DNA of 62,924 nucleotides, the filler included, from Bigelowiella natans CCMP2755 (Eukaryota > Protista > Cercozoa), in the NCBI GenBank assembly GCA_000320545.1. It is 8 parts of 8 records of this genome, joined end to end, with 100 filler letters (N's around TTAATTAATTAA, not from the genome) between each part and the next. Parts side by side here need not be neighbours in the genome. Positions count along the whole stretch, not along the records: positions 12,037 to 34,371 come from ADNK01000573.1; 7 more parts are not named here. One strand, written 5' to 3'. A model generated the notes under the pieces. That model had not been told where the DNA came from and made no database searches. It saw only the letters and a program-made list of their open reading frames with translations. Shown here one piece after another: positions 12,618 to 26,101 of this stretch; the first letter of the stretch is position 1, and every line of letters begins with the position of its first letter. A program made the translations under genes and the position numbers.

Positions 12618-14919
12618 CAGGGAGGTGTCAATTCCTCAGCTACCGAAGGAAAGGAGGGGCAGAAGGAGACGAGCGAGAGTAACAGCAGCGCTAATAACGA
12701 GGACAGCAGCGTCCCCAGGACCGGCGGCGGGCATTCTCCAGGCGTTTCTGGGCCTGATCCTTCGCGAATGGTCGTGGCAGCTCTCCGGTCTCGGCGATTC
12801 CTCCGTGTGTATGGAAACGGCAAGCCTCTCTCCAAGATCTCGGATCTCCACCTGCACGTGTACACGCTGGACAGCGATGCCAGCGGTGCTAGTTCCTTAA
12901 CCACGGTCACGCCACCCCCCTCCTCTTCGTCGTCGCCTCCATCTTCCCTTTCCGCCCAGGCTCCCCCTCCAGCTCGTCTGCAGCTGCGAATTCTAATGCG
13001 GAGGGTGATGATGGGGGGGGGGACGGGGACGACGCCGTCGTCGTCATCGAGTGCTAATACCCCGCCAGGTGGGAATGAGGAGACGGAAAAGGAGGGGGGG
13101 GTGGGGGGGGAAGAGAAACCCAGCAGCACTGAGCTATTTGGCCACCCCTTCCTCCTTGAAGTTCCCGGAGATGAGAGCGTTCGAAGGCTCTACGCACGGG
13201 TCTGCACTGCCCTTCGCCGAAGCGCGCCCAAACTTGCGAATCTCGCCCTTTCACGCAGCAGCGCTGCTGACGATGATGGTGATGATGACGATGATGGTGG
13301 CGCCAAGGGCGGTGATGGCAACGGTGATCCTATCGAGAAGAAGACCAAGGAAAATGGGGAGGCGCAGCAGAGTAATCATCATTACCCGTTTAAGCTCTCT
13401 ATCAGCAATTCCTCCGGTACCAAGCGCGGGAAGGTGTTGTGGGAGAATCGTGGCGGGGGTGAGGCGGAGGCAGCACTGTGCGAGTTTCTGAAGATCAAGC
13501 AGACGCTGTGCATGGACTTCCAGGATGGGGAGGAGCGCAAGTGGGTCAATGAGATAGAAACGGTCATGTACGAGCCGAGAGAACTGCCGGTTGGTAACAC
13601 ATAGATCGGTAGGTAGAGGTGTGTGCGGCGTCTCTGCCTCTCTCGCGTATCCCTGACCTTTGCGTGTGCCTGTGTTTTTGTGCGTGTTTATAATCATCAT
13701 CGCCATCATTAGTCCACATCCGACGGGGTTTTGAGCGTATCAGATTGCTTCCGCAGCTTCTGCACAGCCGAAACTCTGGGAGGTAGAAGTGATAGTAGTA
13801 GTGGTAGTTCTTGCTGTCGTGGCTGTCCTCGTTGTTGTTGTTGTTGCATCCCGCTTTCAGTGGAGCATCCTCGGGCTAAGATGATAATTCTAGGCATCAC
13901 CACCACCACCACCACTGCCAACCAGCATAAAACATATCCATTTGCTCAATCAGGTGCGAATACGTGGTACTGTTCGCGTTGTAAGAAGCATGTTCCAGCG
14001 TCAAAGAAGATGGAGTTCTTCCGTCTCCCCACCGTCCTCGTAGTACATCTCAACAGGTATACGCATCCTCATTCCCACCATCGCCTTCCGTCCTCCCCCC
14101 CCCCCCTCTCTCTCTCTTCCTCTCCACACCTTCCTCGCCCGAATGCAAGCACTACATGAAAGAGACTGCAACGATAGTCACCACCCTCGATAGCAAATGG
14201 GTGCTGCAGGACGCAGCTGTTGTTGCGGTGGATGCATGTGACATGCATGTGCTGTGTCTGCTTGCCTGGCGGCCAGGTTTGAAAAGGTGGAGGACCCTGC
14301 GGCTATGGGAGGGAGGCTAATGGCGATGCTCACGATGACGGGGGGGCACAAAAAGAACGGTGAAAAGGTGAGATTTCCGCTGCACGGCTTCGACATGGCC
14401 CCCTTCACACACACACCCGCAGATGGGAGCTCGCATTCGTCAAAGAGTGACCGCGAAGAGGAGGGAAAAGGGGGGTCGGGTCCTCCATCAGCGCCACTGT
14501 ACGACCTCGTCGCTGTGTGCAACCACCACGGAGCGGCGAACTTCGGTCACTACACCGCCTTCGTGAAGGCCCCCCGTGGGGCCGAGCAGAGGCTTGGTGG
14601 TGGGAAGGGGGGGATCGGCACCACCTCTGGTGATAGGAAGGACGGTAAAGCCGAAGAAACGAATAGCTCATCATCATCTACCACCAACGGCCAAGCTGCT
14701 GCTGCTGCTGCCAAGGATGGCTTATCGCGTGGCAGCGTGAGCGTGGACGCAACGTTGGAGGACGAAGAAGCTTGGTACCACATCGATGATGACGTCGTGA
14801 AGGAAGTCGCAGACGTCGACACGATGCAGCACTCCGACGCCTACCTGCTATTCTATCGAAGGAGGGCGATGATGCCGGAATCGGGTGAATACGAGGAGGT
14901 TGAGCGTTCGGTCAACTAG
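12037..14919 (+). CDS. Ubiquitin-specific protease (peptidase C19, USP4/11/15-Ubp12-like), C-terminal part, 5' truncated
   Basis: Exons encode WYCSRCKKH..KKMEFFRLPTVLVVHLNRF, VRFPLHGFDM, the His box YDLVAVCNHHGAANFGHYTAFVK, WYHIDDDVV and AYLLFYRRR; stop at 14919. Confidence 0.93.
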
Positions 14920-15100
14920 CATCGACGAACGAATACGAGATAGTCCTCGGCCTGTCCCTATCCGGGCATCCCCATTAGGCTGTGCGCTCCTGGTACGACG
15001 TCTATTGTACCCAGCAGCGACTTCGTTGCGTGTAGCGAATACCTCTGAAGAAGATGACACATGACGCAGTTGTTCGATCTTGCGACACACACACACACAC

Positions 15101-15146
<46 letters not shown>

Positions 15147-15234
15147 CAGATTTAATGTTAGCGCTGTAGCCGCTGCATTGCACAGCTACATAAAGATGAC
15201 TGTTGAGCAAGTTCAATCGATTAATTACATCCGT

Positions 15235-15276
<42 letters not shown>

Positions 15277-16145
15277 CACATAAGCTATGCTATTTCTTTT
15301 ACTGCACCTCCCGTAAGCTTGGGCCAATTTATACACGAGCATGCATGCACGCATAAAGAGGGAAGCCCCGCCTCCCTGGGTACGTGTCCCGCAGCCGCTC
15401 GAAGAATGAACTTCCAAAACTTAAAAAAATGAGCGCAGCCTTATGATGACGCACACACAATGTGAGTTGATGTTTCGATTCCACGTTTAAAACTTATTTG
15501 CCAGCCGTGTGTAATGTATGAGCTAGTTACGATGATCTGCCACCTGCAATGCAAGCTAGCAAGCGCACATACAACAATAGGCATCGTAAATGCCTAGCTA
15601 GATAAAAAAATTAAAATGTCTATTACCCATGTGTTGTAAACAATAGATACAATTTGACTAAAATGTGTGCTTTGCATTGCACATGCAAATGAACATTGAT
15701 GTATCTATAGTCATATTGCTCCATTCCCAAAACATATCATGCAATATCTCACTTGCATATGGCTTGTTACAATGGGATGTACGGAATGAGGGAGTGAATC
15801 GAAGTTAGGCGCAATGACACGCGCGTGGAACAGGAATCCTACTTCGATTTGGTCTACCACATGAGGCAGCGTGCAATGCTTGCTCTTTATTGCCGCCACT
15901 TACCGTCTGGGCGCTAATCTAATAGACTAAAGGTGCATTACTACATTGGGCACAGCTAGAAAAAAGGGCGCTTTGACAACATCCTAGCATCGACTGATGC
16001 ACCGTATCGCATGACTCACGTGCGCTGATCTAATAAGCGGCCACGTTAGCTACATGGTACAAAGTATAATGATTTTAATTCTCCATTGTGCATAGCTAGG
16101 TAGGTGACAGCCATCGAGCATTAAAATGATAATATTATTTTCTGC

Positions 16146-17439
16146 TTATGCTTGTTTGCCAGGCCACAGTTTACTCGCACGATTTACTTTCTCATTTTTC
16201 CCAAGCTTCAGATTTGGCGGGAGCTCAGGGTCACTGGCCAGAGGAAGTGCCCCGGAAGCATCCTCGTTATGAGCGCTCTCAGATTCAATTCGCTCCCATA
16301 AGTATGCGCACAATGCCTGAGTTTGCAGATAGAAGAAGCAGGAAAGATGAACTCGGGCATGCTGTCAATTGAAACATATACACACAACTCCTACTAAAAG
16401 ACTCTCCAACCTGACGGATGTCGCATAGAAAAGAAACCAAGAAATCATAGTTTATTGCCACCAGTTTGTTTGTTATTTATTGCTCAAGCTCGTTGTTGTG
16501 GTCAATTCTACTGCTACCTCAGAAGAGTCAATAGATGAAAGGTCCTTGTTCGGAATTGCGATCCCCGTGAAATCGACGATTTCGTTCAGAATCTGTGGTG
16601 GAGGAGGTGGTGGATATTGGGGCACGTTATTCTCGGCACTATGATCGCTGCCTCTCTACACTACCTGGAATCGAGATGTTGGATGAGCGAACGGGTCATC
16701 GCTGCCGTGAATCTTAGTGCCTTTTATGCATTATAGCAAAAAAATAAGCAGGGATCATTTGCAAGCACCATCACCGTGGGTGTAAATCTTCCTCCACCAT
16801 ATTCATATAGCTACCTATTAGTAGGTTAAATATAGTGACTTACTGGCATTCACGACTATTTTCTTGAGTTCAGTTTGAAGGGTTTCCATTGTGAGAGATG
16901 ATGATGAAAGGTCTTGTTCTGTTGATGATGATGGTTGTAGCCGCTTATTTGTGTGTAGACGTGGGACGGACTCAATATTTCAACATGGTTATATATATGC
17001 GCTGTTGCCAATTCCAAATTTCTACAAAAAAATTCTGCTAGTTCGCCGGCCAAAAGTCTTTGAATCATCGACTTTGAGGCGACAAGGAAAAGAGCAAAGC
17101 CATTTTCATTCATTGTCAAAACGCGTTTACTTTTCGGACAAGAGAAAACGATGACTGGGGAGGGGAGGGCGGGAAGGCAAAAGAATATGACAGGAATGAG
17201 TGCGTGTGGATATATGTATTACTCATCTCTGAGAAATTGCGGAACGGGCTGAAGGGCATTTCTCTTGGACGGTTTTTGTTTCTATAGCTCAGGTTGCTGC
17301 TCGTGGAGGCTGGTTGCGAAGTAGCTGCTACTGACGTTGAGAATGAAGTAGACAATTTCCATCTAGGAAGTCGCAGCAATTTTTTCCGCATTATGACCCT
17401 GTTGCCTTTCGGGGCACTGCTAGTTAAGCGAAGAAGCAT
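16146..17439 (-). CDS. Probable mitochondrial ribosomal protein mL50
   Basis: Basic, Ser-rich presequence-like start MLLRLTSSAPKGNRVIMRKKLLRLPRW. Downstream exons read DDPFAHPTSRFQ|ILNEIVDFTGIAIPNKDLSSIDSSE|ALCAYL..PELPPNLKL, matching the mL50 pattern (F..l.....G..IPN..L..I, LPPNL) from memory of the family. Confidence 0.6.
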
Positions 17440-18101
17440 CGCCTGTGTTATTAGTGAGTACAGAAGGGTAAGGCAGGGTTTCTTTCCTCGGCAGTACTGT
17501 TTACGCAATGTAGTCACTCGGAAGGAAGCAAAAAGCGTGGACACATGAAAGTCCCTGCATGCATACGCTACACACCAGGAAGGACCAACTATTCATCAAC
17601 CTGCTGCTGCTGCTGCTGCTGTGCGTGGGGTGGTACACGAGAGCGGACACGGCCTGAGTCGATCGAGACGATTATGCGCAAATTGGCTTTGAATTCGCGC
17701 CTGCGACAAGGAAAACATCTCGAATTATTTAGTTAATACGTAAAAATGTACATCTGCTAGGAGAGGAATTCGGATTTGAACGGAGAAACATCTTGGGGGA
17801 GTGTTCAGTGTAGTGTGGTTGCAAGTGCTGCCTTCGTCGAATTTTCCCCCAGTGACATTGTGTGATGTTTTACGCTTGATTTTTTGACTACTTATGTGCT
17901 AAAATGTGCATATGCAGGCCAGAAGTCTTGGGCCGGAAATCTTTCCCGTAAGCCGCCTCCGCGCCTCCTCCCCCATCCCATCATCCAGCACGTAGATCAC
18001 TAATTTAGCATGCTCTGTTCTACTTTGCGGTGTTGGTTGATGATCTTTGGTATGTTACCATATAACATGACGACGTAGTTGCGCCGACCGAAAAGGGATA
18101 G

Positions 18102-20839
18102 ATGAATCACAGGCGTACTAGTTACGAGGGCGGGAACGGCGGAGGACGGAGAAATTGGGTGAGGAGAGGATCTGAGCAGTATGCGGACCAGGGAAGCGGC
18201 GAACCTAGAAGAGGGACTTCTAGACACCGACAGAACCTACGCGGCAGCTTTGACAATAAAGAAGACCGGAAGAGGAGGCCACGGTGCGCTACTGACTACG
18301 GAGCGAATATGTCACATGATCATCGCGATCAGTATCGGTCCGCGTATAATTCCGAACGGGTTCCGAAGAGGTAGTAGCACTATTGTCATATTGTTAGCAA
18401 TGAGAAGTCTGATAATGGTTTCACTGGTTCTTCGGTCTTGCAGTATAGCAACACTAAGCTCCCGGTATTGCCCAGTGTATGATGCAACCTTTACGAATAA
18501 CCCCAGGAGGAGACGAACAGGCCATAGCAGCAGCGGGGGCGCCCCCTACCCGCCACTCCAGAGTAGAAACGATCGAAGGACAGAAGAGAGACGAACATCT
18601 CGATATAGCACAAAGACAAGAAACATCAATAACAGCAGCACTTCTACCAATAATGATGGGCGAGCAGCTGCCACCCCTCCTCCCAAGCAGCACGCTCCCA
18701 CGTCCTTCTCCTCTAATAGGGAGAGTAGTAGCCGAAACGCCGAGTACAACACCGCTAGGCATATTCCTCACAGTAACGGCGATAACATCGGCATGTCTCC
18801 GTCCGCCATTAAAGTGGAGACGAACGTGCGGCGGTTGGAAACACGACAGAAACAGGTAGGAGCAGCAGCAGCAGCAGCAGCAGTATTAGTATTCTTTCTG
18901 CCTTTCATTTTGGCACTTTGTTGACATTGTCTCCTCGTCGTTGTAATTGCTACCACCATCATTAATCATCATTATCATCATCGTCATCATAATTATCATC
19001 AATAACGCATCAGATTGATATCGGAAAGAATACTTTAGCTTATGACCACTACTCCAAACTTGTGCCGAAGTAGTAGTGAGCCAATACTGAACGATAATGA
19101 CGATGATGGCGACATTATCTACATGCATGCAGCTGTGGCAGATACAAATATTCTGGATCATGAGAACCAGATGAGATTATGATCTTCTAGAGCGATGACG
19201 TGTATATTTTACAGTGAATATGTGTCATTGTCCTAGAAACGGGCTTTGTGAGAATGTGTACTATCTTGATCATCATCAACATCACCGCTATCATCATCAT
19301 CCCATTACTTCTAAAAAGCTAGAACGCGCCGATTTCGGAAATATGTGTGTGTGCAGTGTCTATTCAGTAGTATTATAAACATACTGATCTAGGTATATGG
19401 GCGACTAGTGTCTTTTGGTTCTCGTAGACTGCCGCCGTTGACCTCCTCCTCCTCCTCCTCCTTCTCCTCAAAATTACTTTGTTGGTCAGGCACAGGCGAC
19501 TACGGTCTGAGCGACAGGGGTGGCATCCTCTCACACCGCGAAAACTCAAGATATGCTCCAAACGGGTTAATGCGAATTATGCAGGGAAGGGAAAGGGAGT
19601 AATCAAGGCAGAAGAATCTGTATAGTGGTGGTGGTAGTGGTGGTGGTGGTGGTGGTGGTGGTGATGGATTTGAGGTGGACCTGCGGTATTATTTTTTAGA
19701 TAACCTCATTTTCCTCCTGTCTTTCCAGGCTTGGGTGGGTTTAATAAAGAAATGGCGCCGTCTCCTGCATGCATGGGTAATGGCATATACGTGACAAGGA
19801 AGAAGAATAGCCCATCTCCTTCTTTCTCAAAAATATGAATCCTTTGCTATTTTGTTGGGCGACAAAAGCTAGAACTCGAATTCACGCGATCAAAAAATCA
19901 ATGCAGTATATTATGATCACGAATAATTCATAAGCACTAACACGCACACGCACTCACATACACGAATGTACGGACGAATACTCCAACGCAATATTTGACC
20001 TGCATTCGTTCGATTTTCTCTGCATCTAACCATTCTCCTGGCACCTGCCCCGCCCCCCTTGCAGAGCGACGTCGTGTCAACTGATCAGCTGGACCCTCAA
20101 ACGCTATGCCCTTTGCCATCTCAAACTGAAGCGGCATGTGCTGATGGGGCACATCATTCTGCTCCCAAAGCAAATGAAAATGTAAAATTAGAGGAAATCA
20201 GAACGATATCATCGACGGACAACAGGAATGCTTTTCGGATTGGAGATGCAGATGCAGGAGCAGCTACTCCCTCCTTGCCCTCTTCCTCTCGTAGTGTCGT
20301 CAATTTTACGACAAACCGAAATCCTGACAATCCCCCTTCCCTGCGACATGATGATAAAGGAATAAGAGAGTATGGAACTGGCACTAAATCTCATGGTAGC
20401 CCCCAGGTGTCAATGGGGGGCTCACATCGGGACATGGAGGGGAAAGTGAAACACCTGGGTTTTTCGCAGCGCTCTGGAGCTGGGAGAAATAGCGACAAGA
20501 AAGAAGGGGTGCTGGCTTCGAAGTCAGATCTTATACCACATCATCGTAATGTCCTCGGAAAGCTCGAGCAAAAGTGCGCAAACGCCAGTACCGAAATCAG
20601 AAAAAAATGCACGGACAGTAATAACAGCAGTATCTCCGATTCAGCACTCCGTTTCGTTGACAAGATCATCGCTGATTATGAGTCTGAGAGTGAGGGCGCG
20701 ACGTGGGAAGGTGACCGCATGTACCATGCCGCGTTGAACGTAGTCGATGGTCAATTTCCATAGCAGTGTTCTCGCATGGTGTAGATGTATGTAGTCATCA
20801 GGTAAAAGCCATCGATCATTGCTAAGCTCAAATTGCTAG
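18102..20839 (+). CDS. Hypothetical low-complexity Arg/Ser-rich protein, multi-exon
   Basis: Long open exons (18102-18370, about 18445-18855, about 20065-20749) with GT-AG boundaries and a short putative last exon ending TAG at 20839; no recognisable domain. Confidence 0.5.
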
Positions 20840-20899
20840 CAGCCCTGGCATGTCCTTCATATTTTGAGAGATGAAGCCTAGAATAATTTGACAATAGAC

Positions 20900-21990
20900 A
20901 CAGCAACATTGCATGTTGTGCATCACACACATCGCATCTTGTGTTGTCTGCAATGAAATGTCCAACAGCTGAACAAGAGTGATCACATTTTGTGCGCACA
21001 AGCACGACACGTGAGCTTGTGCAATCAGCCCATTGCTTGCCATGCAATCTTCATGTTTGCACAAAAGCACATCGGCCAACACCCCCATGTGCCATCTGCT
21101 AGCCATCACAGACCATGCTTGTGCCCGCCAGAATGGTTCTTTTTCGTGAGGAAGACCGATGACGGCTGTTCAAATTTTCAACAACCGCCCGGCACCTTCG
21201 GCGGCGGCTGCGCCGCCGCACAGCCGATCTAGCGATCCCGGCCGCCAACCAGCCAACTGGTGGAGCACGAATCGACACGTGACAGTGCACGTTCGTCGCA
21301 ATCAAACACAAAACGTGCATGCTCGCAAGTGATGCAATGTGCGCAAGCAAGTGAGCTCGAGCATGATAGACATGCAATACACAAATTATGAGCGCTGGAA
21401 CGAAGCGTGCAGTGAACGAGTGAACGAAGCGATTCCAATGGTGCACACACCAGCACAGCTGGATCGATCTAGCGATCGCCAGATCGAAGGGTCACCACGA
21501 GTGAACGAGTGGAGCAATTCCAATCGTGAGTCTGAGAGGAAACTTGGTTGAGACCACTGGAAGTGTCAAACCATCCAGGTCCTCTGGTCCTCCCCAGGCA
21601 ATACCAGAACGAGTGCAATGACTTGCAACCTTGTGGTTTGTTGTTGTTTGTGTTGACAGCCGAGGAAAGTGAAAGTCACGAAAAGTGCAAAAAGAAGTGA
21701 GAACGAAAGATGTGCTTGCACAGGCTGGACAGGCTCGGGGCTGAAGTGAGTGAGTGAACGAGTGAATGAATTAGAGAAGAAATTTTCACAGTGAAGCTAA
21801 CAGGGTCGATGATTGGCCAGTTGGGTGCTGGGGTGCACTGACCGCACGAGCGAACTGCACACCGCACCGAAGATGAAACAATCCTGCATTCTTTGCAACA
21901 GAGCACAAACCATGGAATGTGAAATGTTTGCACATTTGAATCTACGACAAACACAGATTCAAAAAAATCGCAGAAAAACACCACAAGAAT
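20900..21990. repeat. TpA-depleted non-coding block with internal repeats; probable degenerate mobile element
   Basis: About 10 TA in about 1090 bp. GATCTAGCGATC at 21226 and 21466; GTGAACGAGTG at 21412, 21501 and 21754; 24-nt near-palindrome at 21464-21487. Confidence 0.55.
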
Positions 21991-22296
21991 TTTGCTACTA
22001 CCGTACTAATCAAGAATCTCTCCAAGAAAGGAAAGAAAGACACTTCCGTTCAAAAGCTTTCGTTCTAATGGCACCCGAGTGGAAAGGTACGACAACAATT
22101 TTCATGTCGTCATGTAATTTCGGGAAATTTGGTGTTGTTTCCGAGCGCCGAGATATTTTGGTTGCATTTCCATTTCTGAAAGAAGCATCGAATTGAAGGG
22201 GATTTAGGGGATGCGTCTTAGGGTTTTGAGTGACCGGAAATTCAAGAAGATTTAAGCCACCTTCCAAACCCCCTTACCCTGCCGCCACCTAAGAAC

Positions 22297-23214
22297 ATGG
22301 CTGAGAAACGCATCGAAAAGGTTGCAAACCACATTGAGGTCAAGAACAGTATGTCCAAGCGCAAAGTTAGTAATGCAGTTGCAGTGATCACCGGTGGTGG
22401 TGCAGGAATCGGCCAAGCCACCACACTCCGATTCCTCGCTCGTGGGGTTACCGTTGTGGTGATGGACTTCAATCCCAAAGCTTTGAAGGCAACTGCAGAT
22501 TTGGCAAAAGATCTTCCTGGAGACTTTATTGGTGTAATTGGAGATATTCGTAGTGAAAAGGGACGCAAGGATGTTGCAGAAGCTGTGAAGAAGACCGGAA
22601 AACCACTCAAAACTCTTATCCACAATGCCGGTGTGAACACACCTTGCAAGTTGATGATGGATCTCAAGCCAGCTGAGTGGGAGCGTGTAATGAACATCAA
22701 TTTTAATGGACCCCTCTACCTCACACAGGAGCTTTACCCGCTTTTTGGCAAGGACGATACTGATAATAACCGTATCCTCTTCCTTACCACAATCGCAACT
22801 ATGTGCACAGGTCTTCCTAACTATGGACCTTACTGTGTTTCCAAGCTCGCAGCAAAAGGTGTCGCAAAAATGTTTAAAGAAGAGCTTCCAAAGGCTAAGG
22901 TCCCCGTTCACACTGGGACTCTTATCCCTGGGGAAGTCAATACTGGAATGCAGGAGGCAACTGCTTACTCCGCTTCGTCAGGATTCCCTGAACATCTGGT
23001 CAAGCACTGGCGTATGCTTCACGAGACCAAACAACTTCTCCCTCCAAAGATTGCTGGTGCATTCATCGAATTTGTTTGCCTCGATACTACAGCTTCCGAA
23101 TTTGGTGCAGATAAGGACTGGTTCATTTACGAAAAATCGCACCATTCCCGTTGGGCAACGGAATTCCCTAATCAAAAGATTGAGGAACCCAAGGGTCTCG
23201 CTGGTGACCATTAG
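22297..23214 (+). CDS. Classical short-chain dehydrogenase/reductase (sepiapterin/benzil reductase-like), intronless, 305 aa
   Basis: TGGGAGIG Rossmann motif, HNAG, catalytic YCVSK (YxxxK) and PGEVNTGMQ in a single uninterrupted ORF; N-terminal RIEKVANHI is PTS2-like. Confidence 0.93.
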   Translation: MAEKRIEKVANHIEVKNSMSKRKVSNAVAVITGGGAGIGQATTLRFLARGVTVVVMDFNPKALKATADLAKDLPGDFIGVIGDIRSEKGRKDVAEAVKKTGKPLKTLIHNAGVNTPCKLMMDLKPAEWERVMNINFNGPLYLTQELYPLFGKDDTDNNRILFLTTIATMCTGLPNYGPYCVSKLAAKGVAKMFKEELPKAKVPVHTGTLIPGEVNTGMQEATAYSASSGFPEHLVKHWRMLHETKQLLPPKIAGAFIEFVCLDTTASEFGADKDWFIYEKSHHSRWATEFPNQKIEEPKGLAGDH

Positions 23215-23783
23215 TTAGGGCGGAGAAATCATATCATTCAAATGTAAGTCTCCACTGAAGATTTGCAGGGAAGATTCAGGACTTTGCCGATGATAGCGGT
23301 GGTATGCATTGGTGCTTCATTTGTAAGCCTGGAGATTATTTCACCAGCAGCATGTAATATCTCAATTGACTTCATGCCGCATGATATACATGGTAATGTT
23401 TTACTATTGGTAGCACTCTACAGCACCATTGGTATAGCTACAGAACCAGCGCATAGTTAGCTAATTGCTTGTCATTGTGACACTTGCGCCGATGCACAAC
23501 CTTTGCCACACACTGCACGCGTTATCCGCCGTCGCCCACGCTCGTGGCGGTTATGCTAATATGCATTTACATGTACGTACATATGCGTGCACGTACGCGC
23601 ACGATGTGACACATTTGAACAAGCAGAGACATAGCGTGATATAATTGTCAAATTGTCAACTATTGAATTCTATATCTAGATATATCGGCATGTAAAATTG
23701 TTTCGAAAGTGCGCCTGTACTTTCATTGACGTCATAGCTCGTCATTCCAACTTTAATCGAACAGCGATAGAGTAATATAACAA

Positions 23784-24253
23784 TCATGCAATGCGTAAAA
23801 TGAGATGTGATCCAGAGTCGGAATCTACTATGCCGCTCATTTGCCCAACTTCGAGAGCAAAGGCAGCATCCTCAAATGCTTTCTGCATCATCCCTCGAGT
23901 AAAATTACCAAGGTCTCCGCCACTCTTGTAGCTACCACAATCAGATCGTTTCTGAGCAGCCGCGCAGAAGGCGTCCACAAGCTTTTGGCCCTCGAGACCT
24001 TAGAGTAAATCGTGTTAGTGACACATACCACTGTTTGTGTGTAATATAACCTTTAAACTCGTCAATAAATTTTTGTAGCTCCTTGTGGGCATCCTCGACT
24101 GGAATTTCCTTTGTACTTTCACCTAACAAACTATGTTAGTCGTATACCTATCACGATGGAAAAGCGGTTCACACCTGTACGTCGCGATTCAGGGTTTCGG
24201 CTCTTTGCGTGCTTGCAAAGAAGATGAGCGCAACGAATTTTTCCCGACATCAT
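23784..24253 (-). CDS. PIN1: Pin1-type parvulin peptidyl-prolyl isomerase lacking a WW domain
   Basis: Three exons (52-nt introns at 24123-24174 and 23999-24050) give [80 protein letters not shown]. Confidence 0.92.
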
Positions 24254-24703
24254 CTGAGAAGTATAACGAGTAAGAATTTCGAAAGAGGAACCGTGGCAAG
24301 CACACAACGTCCACTGTTTTGCTTGACAAGACACAATGATCATTCTTGCCGCAACTAAGCGACGGAAATCCATGGAAATGCCACTCGCCACCACCCTCTC
24401 CCATCAATCCCTCTCGCACTCACCCTCTGTGAACAAGGTGGCATTGTGTGATTTTACATCGGCCGACTAAATAATAATTGAGAAAACAACAATTTTACTA
24501 CCAGTAATTTGGGTGATTTGGCACCTGCGACTTAGCAGCTGGAATGTCGTCGAAATAGCAGAATAATGCCATCGAGCGAGTGATCATACGTGCACGTGGA
24601 GGCTCAACACTTCCTAGACCTCACTCGTGTTGTAGCATTTGCCACCCCACAACGCGACGAGCGCTCCCCTGCGGCAGAACAGCAACAAGGAGGACACGTC
24701 CGT

Positions 24704-25696
24704 ATGTCAGAGAGCAAGGGCAAACGAGCATTCTTGGTAAGTATTCCCGAATGCCGATCATTGCGGAACATCTAGTCGTGATCGGTGACGGGAGAGGTCA
24801 CTGAATACAAAGTTGTGCTCGAATTTATTCTTCAGGACCTGGACATCAATGGGAATCGGGCTGCTTATGCCAGGGCATGCGCCTTCGTCGAGGTGCCGTT
24901 GTCACGGCGCTCGTTGTTACGTGGGAGAAATCAACACCTAACATCCACCGCTTGCCTGCTACTCTTTCGCCCTAGGCAACGGACTTGAGACATGGATGGA
25001 GCAGCAAGGACATCAAGGATCTCGGTGGCTCAGAAATGTCCCGGCTCCAAGAAGCTTACGAAAGTGACTACGATTGGAAGGTGGTCTTTTTCCCCGATTT
25101 GTAGCTAATATTTATTTGTGCGTCACCATCAGCAATGCTGCCGTGTTCGTAGTAAATGTACCACACTAGAAGATGGCGTGTTTTCATTGAGTTGCCCGTT
25201 TTTTTTCAGGATAAAGGAAGGATTATAATGACTTTGCCAAAAGAGCGCGTTGTCATTGAAGTAGTCTTTTTGTCCCTTCTTTCTGTAGAGATGCACCGGC
25301 TTTCAGATCTTGCCTGCTTGCTGTGCCAAAATGTTCTTATGTCTTTGCTTTCTTGCCTTTCATCTCAATCTCCTTCAATGATAGAATTGTCGTCGTTGCT
25401 GTCTCATCGTTGCATTGTTCCTGGTGCAGTTATACGAGAAAGACTGTCCTGTGGCGACAAAGAATTTTAAAGCGCTATGTACAGGAGAGAAGGGAAAGAG
25501 TGGGAAATCGGGCAATAAACTGCACTATAAGGGTGTTCGGTAGTAACAGTAGCATAGTTATATCAGTAGTAGCTGTATGAGGGTTTCATCTCAATTTGTT
25601 AGCGTTGTCATTTCGCCAGCAGCACGCATATGTTCATTTCTGATGTGGAGCTATTACGCTGATAGCGCAAAAGCTATATAATATATACACACACAC

Positions 25697-25753
<57 letters not shown>

Positions 25754-26065
25754 ACATTTATATAATATTATTTACACCTTGTGTACATAGAAACGTAGAA
25801 ACTGTCCATATCTGTGTCAATAATTTGGCATGTGCATGATGTGACAAGGTTCCATCGAATTGTAAAAGGGTTCGTCTGTCAAGGTGTGCTCCTTTCATAC
25901 TCCACCCATACACTCTCTCACACATAGAGATAAATAACAGACAACACGCATCTTCCACAAGATGCGTGACGCATGAAATCTGAAACGTGCGCACGCATAG
26001 AAAGGGTGAGCAATGAGTATGGAAGAGCAGAACACATGCACAGTTGTCTTACAAATATTATAAAT

Positions 26066-26101
<36 letters not shown>

